A DNA stretch of 64,000 bases, from positions 186,001 through 250,000 of the forward strand of contig NW_026854266.1 of assembly GCF_026571515.1 (NCBI RefSeq). Direction: 5' to 3'. Positions within the stretch are counted from its first letter, which is position 1; each line of letters begins with the position of its first letter. A program made the position numbers and the translations under genes. This DNA comes from Ruditapes philippinarum. Lineage: Eukaryota. The notes below the pieces were generated by a model, which worked only from the letters and a program-made list of their open reading frames with translations, did no database searches and had not been told where the DNA came from. Below are positions 52,901-63,370 of the stretch, in pieces.

Positions 52901-54672
52901 GTTTTGATTATATTACATTAACATTATTTTAGATTTTCCAAAAAATAATTTACTTTTTTCTTGTTCATATTTTTTTCACATTTATAAATAGTTGATTTTA
53001 TGAAGTTCTTTAGCTGAACGTAATACTTCTTTCCACTCACTTGGCCTGTTATTGCTTTTGCATTTGAAGTTTGAATTCTGTTAGGAAGCTAAGATTAGCT
53101 AACTGAAGGTCGATGGTTCCACTGAAATTGATATGACATCATTATACCAGTGTCCTTGTGACCAGAATCCAAAGAATAACATATTTCTCCTAAGTATATG
53201 TGAAATTTCTTATTTCATGATGATCTTGTGTTAACAAGGTCAAAGTCATAATGTTAATTCATATATCTGCATTTTATATCTTTATTTTATTAACAATTAC
53301 AGATACAAGAGATAAAATATTTTCATCTATCACTGATGATGAGCGTTCCAAGCAGCAGACACCCCTTTGTCAGACGCCAACATCCCAGCTTCTCCAGCTC
53401 GCAGCTCAGTTCCTCCCTACACCACCTCCAACCCCAGTTGATGAATTAAACTCAAAGACAAGCAATGAGGATAATGCTACAAGTGGAAATGAACCCAAAG
53501 GAAATCAGCCAGAAGATATTTTGAATTTGATAAAGCAAGGATGGTGGAGAGCTAGTCCAAGTCAACTACAGGAAGTAAGTGAAAGCATCAAAAATGCTGG
53601 ACTGGTTGAGAAGATGGCACAAATTGAAAGTGAGGCTTTGCTTGAAAATGAGGCTCAGTCAGTTACAGAGAGAGATGAGACTGGTTCTCATTTATTAAGC
53701 AGTTCTGAAATTTCTACACATACTGAAGCTTGCAGCGCTGACACCAGTCAGAAACAAGATAAGAACAATAATGAGAAAACAAAAAATTATCAACAGGATT
53801 ATAAAGCAGCCATTAATAGTTTATCTGCAACTCTTTCATACCTAAGAGAGCAAAATGAGGAGCAAGATGCTAAAACTCGGGCAAAGGACACTTTGAAAGA
53901 AAATACAGCAAACCAGTCAGAGACTAAAAATTCAGTTGACAAATCTCCGATTGCTCTTTGTCCGCGCCCTCTGCAGCCAGGTTCTTATTGGTATTCTAAG
54001 CAGTTTCAGACTAAAGATAGTTTGCAAGAGTTGCCTAGCAACAGCAGTGACGAGGTACGAAAAGTTCTTGCAGAACTTGCCCACCATAAACCAAAACAAA
54101 ATACTGACACTGATTCTAAAACTGTAACTCAGTCTGTTTCTTCAGTTCTTGCGGACATGCCTACTCCTCATGCAAGTATTGATTCAAGTGAGTCATTCTC
54201 CAATGAAACAATTACCCCAGATTTGAGCAGAGAAAATATATCTAAAGCCGACATGGTTACAAAAAATCTGGAAACCTCTGAAAAAGAACGCAATAAAAGA
54301 GAGGAAATGAAGAAACTTGATGATGCTTTGGAGATGGAGATCAAGCAGACAGAGCAGTATGTACTCAACCAAGCTTTAAAATCTAAAACGGAGAAAAATT
54401 CAAACAGAATTTTCGAACATAATTTCGAAAGCTGCGTTGCTGCAGACTGCATGTGCTACGAGGCAGTGTTTCGTCAGGATCACCCAATCGAAACAAGCTC
54501 GTTGAGATCTGATTCAAGCTTCACAGAGAGTCCGGACAGCTCACCGCAGAAAAAAATATTGCAACGTCAGCAGAAACTTAGCTCAAGTACATTGAGTGAT
54601 GAGTCTGCAAACAGTTCTATAAATAAACGCAAGTCGAGAATTGCGGCTAAGTTCGGACAACCATTAGAGTGA
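31767..54672 (+). CDS. MARF1: Meiosis regulator and mRNA stability factor 1 (limkain-b1): NYN endoribonuclease, 2 RRM, ~8 LOTUS-like units; complete 23-exon model, ~1745 aa
   Basis: 23 GT-AG exons joined in phase, total 5238 nt. NYN motifs [30 protein letters not shown]. RRMs in exons 4-5 and 8-9. LOTUS repeats such as [23 protein letters not shown]-terminal [10 protein letters not shown]. Confidence 0.96.
32402..32519 (+). CDS. MARF1: MARF1 coding exon 2 (NYN)
   Basis: [39 protein letters not shown]. Confidence 0.95.
33232..33398 (+). CDS. MARF1: MARF1 coding exon 3 (NYN)
   Basis: (S)[23 protein letters not shown]...DIPCRSPSK. Confidence 0.95.
33784..34830 (+). mobile_element. HINE-like element with GTCY microsatellite and 334-bp dimeric tandem core
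   Basis: subTIR/IR TGTCGCC..GGCGACA; repeat starts at 34041, 34375, 34709. Confidence 0.75.
33855..34023. mobile_element. 169-bp MITE inserted in a GTCY microsatellite, copy 1
   Basis: 26-bp perfect TIR CTCACAGGACAGTAATTATGTGGCTA; ends GCA/AAC. Confidence 0.85.
35437..35606 (+). CDS. MARF1: MARF1 coding exon 4 (RRM1)
   Basis: [18 protein letters not shown]...[10 protein letters not shown]...ALLRF. Confidence 0.93.
37396..37630 (+). mobile_element. Short HINE-like element
   Basis: subTIR GCTCACCTG/CAGGTGAGC, GTCC microsatellite, terminal GGGCCAT-C-ATGGCCC hairpin. Confidence 0.7.
37835..38905 (+). mobile_element. HINE-like element (second family)
   Basis: AGTCCC..TACCGG / CCGGTAGGGGACT subTIRs, GTCY microsatellite, degenerate tandem core. 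Confidence 0.65.
37897..38065. mobile_element. 169-bp MITE inserted in a GTCY microsatellite, copy 2
   Basis: Near-identical to 33855-34023, same ends and orientation. Confidence 0.85.
40075..40298. mobile_element. Degenerate TA-flanked MITE
   Basis: TAATGCTCCAGTCAGTTGTGACC ... GGTTACAACTGCTGGGTGCATTA. Confidence 0.55.
41007..41116 (+). CDS. MARF1: MARF1 coding exon 5 (RRM1 end)
   Basis: (R)[27 protein letters not shown]... Confidence 0.92.
41722..41993 (+). CDS. MARF1: MARF1 coding exon 6 (low-complexity linker)
   Basis: Open frame between strong splice sites; phase fits. Confidence 0.85.
42979..43177 (+). CDS. MARF1: MARF1 coding exon 7 (Q/Y-rich linker)
   Basis: Open frame, donor GTAAGT; start ambiguous among several in-frame acceptors. 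Confidence 0.8.
43482..43747 (+). CDS. MARF1: MARF1 coding exon 8 (RRM2 start)
   Basis: ...[32 protein letters not shown]. Confidence 0.92.
44237..44479. mobile_element. Fold-back MITE, copy 3
   Basis: Same family, near-perfect arms. Confidence 0.85.
44527..44705 (+). CDS. MARF1: MARF1 coding exon 9 (RRM2)
   Basis: [22 protein letters not shown]. Confidence 0.94.
45354..45434 (+). CDS. MARF1: MARF1 coding exon 10 (LOTUS)
   Basis: [26 protein letters not shown](R). Confidence 0.93.
45783..45927 (+). CDS. MARF1: MARF1 coding exon 11
   Basis: [31 protein letters not shown]. Confidence 0.93.
46311..46486 (+). CDS. MARF1: MARF1 coding exon 12
   Basis: ...CPYHCP...[22 protein letters not shown]. 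Confidence 0.93.
47024..47190 (+). CDS. MARF1: MARF1 coding exon 13
   Basis: [17 protein letters not shown]...[11 protein letters not shown]. Confidence 0.93.
47378..47610 (+). mobile_element. tRNA-derived SINE (second family)
   Basis: tRNA-like head with GGTTCAAATCC; body GAAGCTATCCAGCT...GCACCTGAGG shared with 56400-56622. Confidence 0.7.
47759..47958 (+). CDS. MARF1: MARF1 coding exon 14 (LOTUS)
   Basis: [10 protein letters not shown]...[23 protein letters not shown]...PHVLQ. Confidence 0.95.
48207..48345 (+). CDS. MARF1: MARF1 coding exon 15 (LOTUS)
   Basis: [30 protein letters not shown]. Confidence 0.95.
48974..49065 (+). CDS. MARF1: MARF1 coding exon 16
   Basis: [25 protein letters not shown]. 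Confidence 0.93.
49556..49601 (+). CDS. MARF1: MARF1 coding exon 17
   Basis: [15 protein letters not shown]; phase fits. Confidence 0.9.
50039..50241 (+). CDS. MARF1: MARF1 coding exon 18 (LOTUS)
   Basis: [10 protein letters not shown]...[26 protein letters not shown]. Confidence 0.95.
50590..50817 (+). CDS. MARF1: MARF1 coding exon 19 (LOTUS)
   Basis: [14 protein letters not shown]...HYGYTIP...[10 protein letters not shown]. Confidence 0.92.
51376..51579 (+). CDS. MARF1: MARF1 coding exon 20 (LOTUS)
   Basis: [31 protein letters not shown]. Confidence 0.92.
51973..52237 (+). CDS. MARF1: MARF1 coding exon 21 (LOTUS)
   Basis: [13 protein letters not shown]...PALYGF...[18 protein letters not shown]. 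Confidence 0.93.
52628..52855 (+). CDS. MARF1: MARF1 coding exon 22
   Basis: Open frame with [18 protein letters not shown] and DLIKFE; phases fit. Confidence 0.88.
53303..54672 (+). CDS. MARF1: MARF1 coding exon 23 (terminal, S/E/Q-rich, ends [15 protein letters not shown])
   Basis: Acceptor AG at 53301-53302; 1370-nt open frame in correct phase. Confidence 0.9.
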
Positions 54673-56399
54673 AATTTTAATTTACTCTATGATAGTGGTT
54701 AAATAGGTGTATTTTGTCAGATACATGAAGGTCCTATGCAGGTCCTTATATTTGCTATAGGTTTATTCTTTTATGTTTTCTGATGCATAGTTGTTCAAGA
54801 CAATTTATTATTGATTTTATTTTTGATTTTCTTGCTGATATTTCTTGTATTTGTGAAGAATACACTTTACAATTTGTGTGTGGATACAAGGTTGGGATTG
54901 TTGAAATGACATTTTGTAATGGCAAAGTTGTTTCAAGAAAAGTTTATTTAGTATACTTCTTATACATAAAGGAAGTAGGATATTTAGCAACTAAGAGATG
55001 AAGTCACTGAACATTGATATACTGGAATTTTACATTTTAATTTTCATTAAGGCACTGATAATGAGAATAAAATACATATGTTAAGGGACGAAGCTTGATC
55101 TTAATTCATGCGTAATTTAAATTCTTTAGGGGTATGGTGAGATGCTGTTAATTTTTCTTTATTCGGCAGGTGCATTTTGTTAAATGCTCATGATATTGAA
55201 TAAGGATAATCTTATTATTAAAAATTATGATATTTTTCATCGAATTTTTATAAATCAGTTATTCTGTCCTTTAAAGAGGTCAGTTACTGATCCAAGTTCT
55301 CCTGTCAGCAGAGTGTTTTACAAGTAGTTAAAGTTTTCAGTATATGACTGTTCAATGGCTGCCTTAAACCAGACTAACACAAGATAACCCCTTGTAGACT
55401 GGTTCAGGCTGAATGATGTGAATAGTGATATAGAATACTGATATACTCTTCTAAACTGCCACTCTTTTATTGATACCACTCTTTAATTTATACCACTCTT
55501 TTATTAATATAAGTTTTATGCTTTCTGATCCCAATTATGGGATAATGGCTAAAAGATGTTCATATTGGCCTGGGGATTACATTCTGTTTGCAAGTGACTC
55601 AAGTTTGTTCCTCAGAAGCTATCTTGAAAATTTCACTAGACAATAATGCAAAAAAAATGCCAAGTCGCAAGGTGGCAAAAATGGCATAATGATTTATAAA
55701 GTCTTGTTATGATGGCATTTAAAGACCTTAGAAACATAAATAAGTAGGTATTAATTTTCATTTCCAAAAATAGCGAGTTCTTGCATAGTATGGTTAACTG
55801 CACTTATAGATTTATTTTGGACAAAACATTGAAAAATTTGTGTAAATTTTAAAGAAAGAAAGTGTTCAAAAGTGGCAGTTTTGAAGTGTATATAGAGTAT
55901 ATAAGTATATAATATCAGTTAATGATCAAAGTTTATCAACAATCTGGAACAGAAATGGTTGTATACTTGTACTTGAGGGTTCCAAATTCCTAGAGAAATT
56001 TTGGAAGTATTTTGTGCCAAGAGCCAATTTACTGCATTTGTATAGGTAACTTAAGTTACAAATTTAGGTTGCTGATAAATTTTTGGACATAACTCCTGGA
56101 GGAGGAACTGTAACACCCTGAAATAGATGTGTTGCCTTGTAAATAGATGTACAGATTTTGTTAAGGCTACAGTAAATAACATGTTGATGAGAATTACTGT
56201 GTAAGAGATATTTATGAGAAAAGACTCGAAGTCTTGAAGGTTTGTGAATTTTTTCTTTATAAGAAGCATATTGTATATAGATGTTGATGATAAGTCTTGA
56301 TGGCACTTTTTTACTTTTATTGTCTTTGTAAGATATTCTTTATTGAATGCTGTGAATTGTGTTGAACAATTTTTTTTGCCAGTAAGTTATATGATGTTA

Positions 56400-56622
56400 A
56401 CATGCCTCTCACCACTGTAGGTTTGAGCTGCGCAAGAGTTGTCGGATTCTTTCATATGAGAAAGCTATCCAGCTGGCTTACCGAACGTTGGTGTTTCTAC
56501 TCGGGTACCCGTTTGTGCCAAAAATAATGGGCACGTGCACCTGAGGTCTTCCTTCACCAATAAAGCTGGAAAGTCGCCATATTACCTTTACTGTTTGGAG
56601 CCATGTAAAACCCAACCAAAAC
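56400..56622 (+). mobile_element. tRNA-derived SINE (second family) downstream of the MARF1 stop
   Basis: AAGCTATCCAGCTGGCTTAC...AAGCTGGAAAGTCGCCATAT...AAACCCAAC tail; decayed relatives near 48700, 57300 and 59200. Confidence 0.7.
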
Positions 56623-57998
56623 ATATATATATACATGTATATATTAGTATATAATGTTAACAAAACTTTGTAAAGGCTCTGTAACAGATTAAAATTCAAC
56701 TTGACTTAGCTATAAATCCTATTTAAAAAAAAAATAAATTGCCAGTTATGTAATGGTTGGGGAAATGTGCTATTAAAGAAATATTTTTCAATGAATATTG
56801 TTTTCTTTAAATTTTGCTTAGTTCCTTTAGTTATTTATTACATAAATAGATCATTTTTAAAAGCCTTTCCTCTTAAATTTAAGACACGAAAAGTATGGGT
56901 AATCTTTTGCAAAGAAAACTTTACAAATTCTTCTGTATTGAGTAGAAAAAAAACACATGCGAGATAAAATTTATGTCCTTAATAAAAATTATATATCTTG
57001 CAAAGACAATAAAGTAGAAGCCATATAACCAGACAAACACAAGAATAAATTCTTGTTGCCTGGTTTACATGTGTTTGAGCCAATGAAATATTTGTAACAC
57101 AACTCTTTTTCTCTTGCATAGATACATTAGAATATTACCATAGACCAAAATTGACCTTTTATAAAACTATCAGTTGTAATAATTGTTATGTATTATAAAT
57201 AAATAAAAAACAAACAAATCAAAAACCTTCTGTAGCTAAAGATAAGTTTTAGGTTTTCATGTTGTCTTTATAACAAATAATGTCTTTTTGGCTGTGTGAA
57301 TTGTACCGATTTCAAACCACTTGCATGTATGGGTTCAAATCTCACCAGTATTATTAGAGGTAGCTGTCTAGCTGTCTTAAAGACTGTTGCTTTTCCAGGA
57401 ACCTGAAGTGTCAAGTCTGTGCAGCTTCACATTGTTTCTGGCACACACCTGCACATGGTATTTTTCATCTACCAGGTAGAACTTAGGAAAGTTACTGTGA
57501 ATTTAAAGTGACATACAACTTTGTTAAAATAAAAGTAGACAAATGTATGAAGAATTTATAGGAGTTGAATTTGCAAATATTTCATTGGTAATATTGCATA
57601 AGAGAGATGTATGTAAATAAGTTGGAGAAAGACATTTGTTAATTATGAATTGGTGAAGGTCAGTTTTTATAGAGTTTTGGCATTGTGATATGTTTATGAC
57701 TTATTCTTTTTGAATCAATTTTTTTTTTCAGTTTCTGTTTCAGAGATTTGGTATCATCGCATGTGGCATGTTAATATTTATTTAACCCATAACTTAATGA
57801 TTTTGTGTATGCTTTGAAATTGGTTTAGTCCATTCAAACTTAAGGGATTTCAATATCATTATACAAAAAATTTGATGGTTCTATACTAGTAGCAAAATTA
57901 TATTTTGTATGAATTTTGAATTTGATAACATGTGAAAATATTTACAAATAATGGATGTGAATCAAATTTTTGCAATTTATTAGAGTTATGGATTAGTT

Positions 57999-58241
57999 AA
58001 ATGAGCCGCGTCATGACAAAATGAACATAATGGGTTTGGGACCAGCATGGATCCAGACCAGCCTGTGCATCCGCACAGTCTGATCAGGATCCATGCTGTT
58101 CACTATAAGTTTCTCTACTTGTAAAAGGGTTTGTAAGCAAACAGCATAGATCCTGATCAGACTGCCCGGATGCACAGGCTGGTCTGGATCCATGCTGGTC
58201 GCAAACGCACTATGTTGGTTTTGTCATGACGCGGCTCAAAT
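57999..58241. mobile_element. Fold-back MITE, copy 4
   Basis: Same family, downstream of the MARF1 stop. Confidence 0.85.
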
Positions 58242-60450
58242 GTTGTGAATTGAATACTGTTTAACAACAAAAGTTATAAGTGAATTGGTTGATAGTTTGT
58301 ACCTAGAAAGTCAAACACTTTTTAAAAAGCTCTCGTGTTTTGTTTAACCTCTGGGAGTTGATCTGCATGTCACAATGGAGGCTATATTTAAGTTTGCAAA
58401 GTAGAACATATAGGGAGGCACTACACATAATGTTTACTAGTATATAATTTTTTTTCTACAAAAATTAAGTGCTTCATGTTAATGCATTTATTTTTAATGT
58501 GTGCTTTGATGATGCTTTTAAATTGTTTATGTATAGGTATGCCTGAACTTTGAATGTCTTATAGTATAAAAATTTTAATCTTTAATGATTTCTAAGCCTT
58601 CATTAAAATTACAGTTAAAATTGCTGACTGATAAAGTTGCTTTGGGTTCCAGTCCTGCAATGGACTTTAGTTTTTCTTTTTGAAATATTGCAATGAGTGA
58701 CACCCAAGGTTGTCCGCCACCAGTTGAAGTAATGTGAATTAAAACTCATAGAAAAAAATAAATACATGTATCTTTCAGTTTAATTGATTGAATACTAAAT
58801 TTAACTGTTAGTCAGAACAACAGCTACTAAAAATGGAAATAAGGAATATTGTCTCATATGATGGAAGATCTGTAAATGTTATGAAAATTAGAATCTGCGT
58901 TATTGTTAGGTTTTTGTGTATATTCTCCACAGGTATGAAGTAAATGCAATGTTAGTAAAGTGCTAATACAGTAAATTAAAATGTGCTACTAACTGAACTG
59001 TGTAATAAAAGTTTACTTTTTACATAAGACTTTGTGTTAATCTTTTATCTAGGACTGTTGTTGTGAGAAACAGGGTTTAGTAGGCAAAGTTGCCCACTGT
59101 CTTCAAGAAGGCCTTACTTTAAGTGTTGTTCGTTAGAATCCCGCAATATCCGGTTAAGATCCAGGTTCTACTAAGTTGCCACTTTCTCCCTGAAATAGTG
59201 CACCATGAAAGCTGGAAAGTCACCATTTAACCCAAACAGTGTCTGTGTGACTTGAAACCCAAGCTCCAGAAAAACCTGTTGAATGACTAAATGTGAGGAA
59301 GCTAGCCCAAGGAATGTTTGAGATTCTGCATAAACTTATATAATGCATGGAGCATTTCGCTGAACTACATTCATCACAAATCAGTATGCATGGGTTTCCA
59401 AGGATGGGAGCAACTAGGGTTTGTCTAGTTTGCAAAGATATCTTTAATGTTTGTGATAGCTGCATACAGTTACAAATCCCACAAAACAGATGTTTGTAAA
59501 ATACATGTATAATATTTCACATACACATGTTTTCATAATATGAATAATTATGATGAATTTTTCTTTCTTTCACAAAATTAACTTAACCACCAAGGTTTTA
59601 AGTTGAAAGTATCTTGTTTTCAAGGAGCAAAATAAATTAAGTTTATAATAAACTGGATAGTATTAGTTTACAATGGTGTTAAAATTTCTGTTTCTGGAAT
59701 TTACAATAACGATCTTGAATGTCAAGGTCTTTTATGAAACACGGCCCTATTTCAATGTCAAAATGCAGTTCTCATCTTGAGAGATGTATCTTAATAATTA
59801 TAAAGGTGGACAGGGCATGTTAATAAAAGCATACCTTGAGATTGATGTATGGATGTGAATTTTTTATTTTCCTTTAATATAAATCTATTTAGGTGGGAAA
59901 AAAACAAATTAGAATAGATTATTTTATATTTATTATGTTCTTCATAATAGTAAAAATAATAATGATATAAATCTAAAGAACACATTGTTTTGATGTTGTA
60001 TTAATTTGGCTCCCTTTTTTTAGTTTCCTTAGATTCTTTAACCTGCTGAGTTTTTGCCTGGCGGGTGCTGTGACTTTGGAACATTCCAGATGGATTTAAA
60101 TATCAAAGATGAAAGTACAAAAGCTGAGCTACCAACAGTACAGCACTTTGTCAGGCTGCACAGAATGTGCAGGCTAGCCTGGCTCTAAACTGGTGGCACA
60201 GGATAATTCCCGTACGGTCCCAGCAGGTTAAGGGACTTTAAGTCAACACGAAACTCGAGTAAGATCTTATCTATATCATTATATAAAGCAAATAGTGCTT
60301 GTTGTTACTGTCACCCTTATACAGTGTAAAAGCTCTATATTGAAGACGTTATTCCATAGTTCATCTTGTGGCACCAGTCAATAAACACCCAAGGCAAAGT
60401 AATAGCAAGTCTTTCATCTACTTTCCTCATCATACATTGCACATTCATTT

Positions 60451-60531
60451 TCAGTTAAAGTGGAAGTAATCCTGTCCCTCTGTTAGCTGTAGAGATTCAA
60501 GATTTCTCTCAAAATCACCATGTGTCAAGTC
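60451..60531 (-). CDS. B3GNTL1: Terminal coding exon of B3GNTL1/QTGAL (queuosine-tRNA galactosyltransferase); the rest of the gene lies beyond the window
   Basis: Strong acceptor (CATTCTCTATTTCAG), then DLTHGDFERNLESLQLTEGQDYFHFN*. This matches the C-terminus I recall for B3GNTL1 ([26 protein letters not shown]). Confidence 0.85.
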   Translation of the reverse strand, partial: DLTHGDFERNLESLQLTEGQDYFHFN

Positions 60532-60931
60532 CTGAAATAGAGAATGCATGATATTAATAATAAACAAACAACAAGAATTGTCACAAAACTAAGTTATCCG
60601 GCATTACTTACTAATTAATTCCTTCAGAAACATCAGTATTCCTCAATTACTTGAATGATAAAATCACAAAACCCTGAAGAAACCCATTGCCATGGTGCTG
60701 GGTTACAATAATTCAGTGAAATTTTAGTAATATAAAACCAGTTTAATATCAATGGAAGAATATTTCTATATATATCACATGAATTTAAAAAAAAAACTAA
60801 TGCAAAAATATGCACCAGGGCACTTAAATACAAAATTTCTGTGAAAATTTGGTAGTAATTTATTAAGAAGAATAGGAATACGGTAGTTTTGTAATAATAT
60901 ATAATCAGTTCAATAAAAACAAAGTTCACGC

Positions 60932-60971
60932 TTTTCTTAAGCTTTCGACGTTTAGTCTTCTTCAGAAAAAA
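60932..60971 (-). ncRNA. Minimal type I hammerhead ribozyme motif (Penelope-like element type)
   Basis: Minus strand reads UUUUUU-CUGAAGA-A-GAC-UAAAC-GUC-GAAA-GC-UUA-AGAAAA: core boxes, 3-bp stem II, palindromic AAGCUU stem III, 6-bp stem I with one G-U pair. Confidence 0.6.
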
Positions 60972-62402
60972 TTGACGTTTATAACATAACAAATGACGCA
61001 ACGTCCGTTTAACTATACGCTAAACAGAACGTGACGTTAACGCGGGAATAATAAAATCTTTGTCAAATAAATACAGAATCTTTCATGAATATAAATACAG
61101 CAATAAACAATATATTACACATATAATATGGACCTGCACATGTGATACAAAAATTCTCATAATTAATAATAATAAAACAAACTTGATATAAGAAAAAACA
61201 TACTACATGTTTTTGTATTTTTTTTTTGTTTTTTTGTTTTTTGGTAGTTTGGTAACACACACAAAACTGTTCAAATGCTCACCTGAATCCTATAATCAGT
61301 ATGTCTTTAAAAAAAAAAAAGATTGATAAAGCTATTTAAATTTAAAAACAATTCACATTTAAGATGTGTTGTTTTAAGAAAAAAGAAACATTCACATTTA
61401 AGATGTGTGGTTTTAAGAAAAAAGAAACATGGATGTTCCCCAAAACAGCTTTAACAGAGCTATAAATATAATTATACTTTTTCCCTTTTTTGACCTTACA
61501 ATTCTTAAGACTTCCCCTTTAATTTTGTGTATTGGCTGAATTAAGAAGGAAGTCTGGCAAGGCACCAATGAAGATATGGAAAATATGTTTCACTGCAGTG
61601 AAAAATAAATTATTACAGTGAAAATAAGGAAAATGAAAATTCGCATTTTATTTTATAAATATTCTCAATATTTCAATTCAAGTTTCTAATCAAAAACTAT
61701 ATTTTATTCCTGTGAAGATATTGTATAGAGCTATATTTTATTTGCTTATCAATATTTGTATGAAGCTGCTTTTGTACATGTATCTGCATGATTATAACAT
61801 TTTGTATAAATTAGCTTCATGTCTTTATCAACATAAAAATCTATCATAAATAAATAATTGATAAATATATTTATTTATGTAAATTTAATATAAAATGATA
61901 TAACTTGGATAATAAAATTATTAATAATTATCAATTTGTCGATTTTTATTTAGATAATTTTCAGCTTATTAAGCCGCATCATTTTAACGCTCGATTTCTT
62001 TATCTCTTTCTATCAGCAATTAGTATATCAGTGACATGACCTTGACTGGCAGATATAATCTTGATAAACATAGAAATAGTCTACTAGAATTATCAGACCA
62101 CTATATACCAGACACTGCAGCCAGTCTACAACCAAAGCATTACATGCATATATATACACCTATATTACAGGTATTTTGTTTCTCTACATATTCTTGGCAG
62201 AACATAGGTAAACTGTGTTATTTATACAGACCTTACAACAAAGAACTGAGTAAAACTTCTGGCCTTACAAGACATGGAACATTCTGGTTGTTTACTACTG
62301 TATTATCAGTGTGAAGTTTAATCAAGTAAATGATATTCGTTTTCTACATCTTGACAAACAGTACAAATCATACGGAAGTAGGGTAGTCTGTACATACACA
62401 AT

Positions 62403-62423
62403 ATGGCAGAGGCGAATAATCAG
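62403..62423 (+). CDS. Putative nested gene, coding exon 1 (MAEANNQ)
   Basis: AATATGG start context, CAG|GTATGC donor, phase 0 matching the exon at 62936; CGGAAGT ETS-like motif at 62373-62379. Confidence 0.55.
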
Positions 62424-62935
62424 GTATGCTTTTATTTCAATGTTTGAAAACATATTAACAACTTGAATTAACATTCATTAATATGACTTTATCAAAATAA
62501 TATTAGGATGATAAGATAAAAAAAACAGGGTGCACATTAACAATTTTAGGATCAAATGTCACCTTCAGGAATGTTAAATTAATGATATTCTTCAATTTAC
62601 AATTGCCTTTAATTCTTAGCATGCTAGTGATGACATAGAGGATATTTGTTTGTTTTGCATGTAAGATTGAAATATATTTCACTGAGTGAACACCAGATGC
62701 AATATTTTCATCATGAGTGGCGTAGCCAAGAGTGAAAATAGAATAGCTGGTGTCCACGAATGAAATATATTTCAATACTGACAAATCATGAGTTTTAAAG
62801 TGGTCTACCAGGCCAAGTTATTTTGACAACAAATTGTGTGGTACTTATTCTCTTTATACAGTTTCTATCATAAACTTGTACATCGTATATTTATTCAATC
62901 CATAATTTGATCATATATACTTAATTTCATTTCAG

Positions 62936-63370
62936 ACTGAGACTATTTTAGAAGATGACAATCAAACAAATGAGACTGGACATGAACAAAACCCAAACAA
63001 AAGTCGAGTTAACCATGACCCAAAAGCAGAAAAACCAATAGTTTACCGGAACTACGGAAGTGTTACAGTCAAACCTCTGCTTCTGACAAACCATCACTGG
63101 TCTACAAAAGACATAAAGGAAAGGTTGTCCAGTACTGCACAAAGCAGTAATGTGACTGTAACACAACATAACTCTATGTTGGCTCAAGGAAAGTATGCCT
63201 CTGTAGAAGAAAATGTATTTAAAAGACAGGACAGCATAACTAGTCAGCACAGAGAACCACCTGTTGATTCTACTCCTGATAATTGTGATGTAAAACCACT
63301 TGAGGCAGACAGTAACTTAATAACTAGCAATTCTGAGATAAACTATGAAATCAGTGGAGAAGAAAACTAG
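62936..63370 (+). CDS. Putative nested gene, coding exon 2 (uncharacterised hydrophilic protein; frame ends at TE junction)
   Basis: Acceptor TTTCATTTCAG, then 144 open codons (TETILEDDNQ...EISGEEN); the TAG stop is supplied by the first bases of a repeat. Confidence 0.6.
   Translation, partial: TETILEDDNQTNETGHEQNPNKSRVNHDPKAEKPIVYRNYGSVTVKPLLLTNHHWSTKDIKERLSSTAQSSNVTVTQHNSMLAQGKYASVEENVFKRQDSITSQHREPPVDSTPDNCDVKPLEADSNLITSNSEINYEISGEEN

Noticed and set aside
53251-54672. Stand-alone 473-aa gene
   Set aside because: The first 17 codons are an intronic pyrimidine tract; the acceptor at 53302 is in phase with MARF1 exon 22 and the C-terminal motif fits MARF1.
62036-62314. 92-aa ORF upstream of the nested gene
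   Set aside because: No recognisable similarity and no consistent splice path; could be UTR or promoter sequence.
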